Below, piece after piece: positions 56,703 through 56,939 of a stretch of DNA of 56,939 bases. This DNA is from an uncultured Caldisericales bacterium (GTDB taxonomy: Bacteria; Caldisericota; Caldisericia; JAAYUI01). Under the pieces are notes generated by a model. That model saw only the letters and a list, made by a program, of their open reading frames with translations, did no database searches and was not told the origin of the DNA. Made by a program: the position numbers and the translations under genes. Position 1 is the first letter of the stretch; the number at the start of each line of letters is the position of its first letter. The stretch covers positions 1 through 56,939 of the forward strand of contig CAYYJO010000003.1 in NCBI GenBank assembly GCA_964472265.1. The letters run 5' to 3'.

Positions 56703-56777
56703 GGCGCCATCGTATAACGGTTAGTACGAGGGGCTCTCAATCCCTAAGCAGGGGTCCGACTCCCCTTGGCGCTACCA
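56703..56777 (+). tRNA. tRNA-Glu (anticodon CUC), CCA encoded
   Basis: Hand-folded cloverleaf. Acceptor ggcgcca/tggcgct. D stem gtat/gtac. Anticodon stem agggg/tccct with loop ctCTCaa. 4-nt variable loop. T arm agggg-tccgact-cccct. Discriminator A then CCA. Confidence 0.85.
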
Positions 56778-56852
56778 AGCTCAACAAGATTCATAACTTT
56801 CTTTTTTTAGCCCTCAGGATTGCACATACAACAGGCAGTCTGAGCTGCCTGG

Positions 56853-56894
56853 AATCCCTAAGCAGGGGTCCGACTCCCCTTGGCGCTACCAAGC
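56853..56894 (+). repeat. 42-nt direct repeat of the 3' half of tRNA-Glu (identical to 56739-56780)
   Basis: aatccctaagcaggggtccgactccccttggcgctaccaagc occurs at both positions. In the tRNA it runs from anticodon-loop positions 37-38 through CCA plus 3 nt. No matching 5' acceptor strand or D arm lies upstream of the second copy. Confidence 0.9.
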
Positions 56895-56939
56895 AGCTCC
56901 GCTGAAATTTACTACGGCTTTCGCCGAAACACATTTTTT

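Noticed and set aside
56781-56897. Possible third tRNA gene using the duplicated T arm and acceptor 3' strand
   Set aside because: No sequence upstream can pair with tggcgct as a 5' acceptor strand. There is no D arm, and the preceding hairpin (56832-51) does not form an anticodon arm in register.
56687-56905. 72-aa plus-strand ORF with an internal repeat SLSRGPTPLGATK
   Set aside because: It is a translation artefact of tRNA-Glu and of the duplicated tRNA 3' half. The peptide repeat is simply the 42-nt DNA repeat read in frame.

Overview
This 56.9-kb window is gene-dense on both strands. Hand counts on a few lines give roughly 45-50% G+C. Most genes have Shine-Dalgarno sites. The source looks like an anaerobic, proteolytic bacterium with Firmicutes-like synteny: nadK-recN, tilS-hpt-ftsH, SpoIID/LytB, and many copper-amine-oxidase-N-type 'stalk' domains. 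I cannot assign taxonomy from the sequence alone.

Housekeeping content:
- A tightly overlapped minus-strand operon at 41-11779: PAS-like protein, two membrane proteins, fhs, folD, nadK, recN, ligA, then a secreted esterase.
- tilS-hpt-ftsH plus a lipoate-ligase-family gene at 46170-50271.
- tRNA-Gln(CUG) and tRNA-Glu(CUC) at the 3' end.

The rest is accessory and dominated by very large secreted proteins: five S8 subtilases (four of them tandem ~1120-1140-aa paralogs at 32350-46155), an HEXXH metallopeptidase, a 1700-aa double beta-propeller protein and a 750-aa beta-propeller protein.

The standout observation is that these proteins carry complementary cohesin-like, dockerin-like and stalk-anchor modules. 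This suggests a cellulosome-style surface assembly whose cargo is proteases rather than glycoside hydrolases. Each tandem subtilase carries both a cohesin-like and a dockerin module.

Other points of interest:
- a likely leaderless promoter for the first protease operon;
- an ~810-bp AT-rich islet bracketed by a duplicated terminator-like hairpin;
- a 42-nt duplication of the tRNA-Glu 3' half, which looks like an att-type scar;
- a NapH-like polyferredoxin two-gene membrane module;
- three tandem polytopic membrane proteins.

I recognised no CRISPR array, transposase, integrase or rRNA. All domain calls are motif-based readings by eye and need HMM or structure confirmation.
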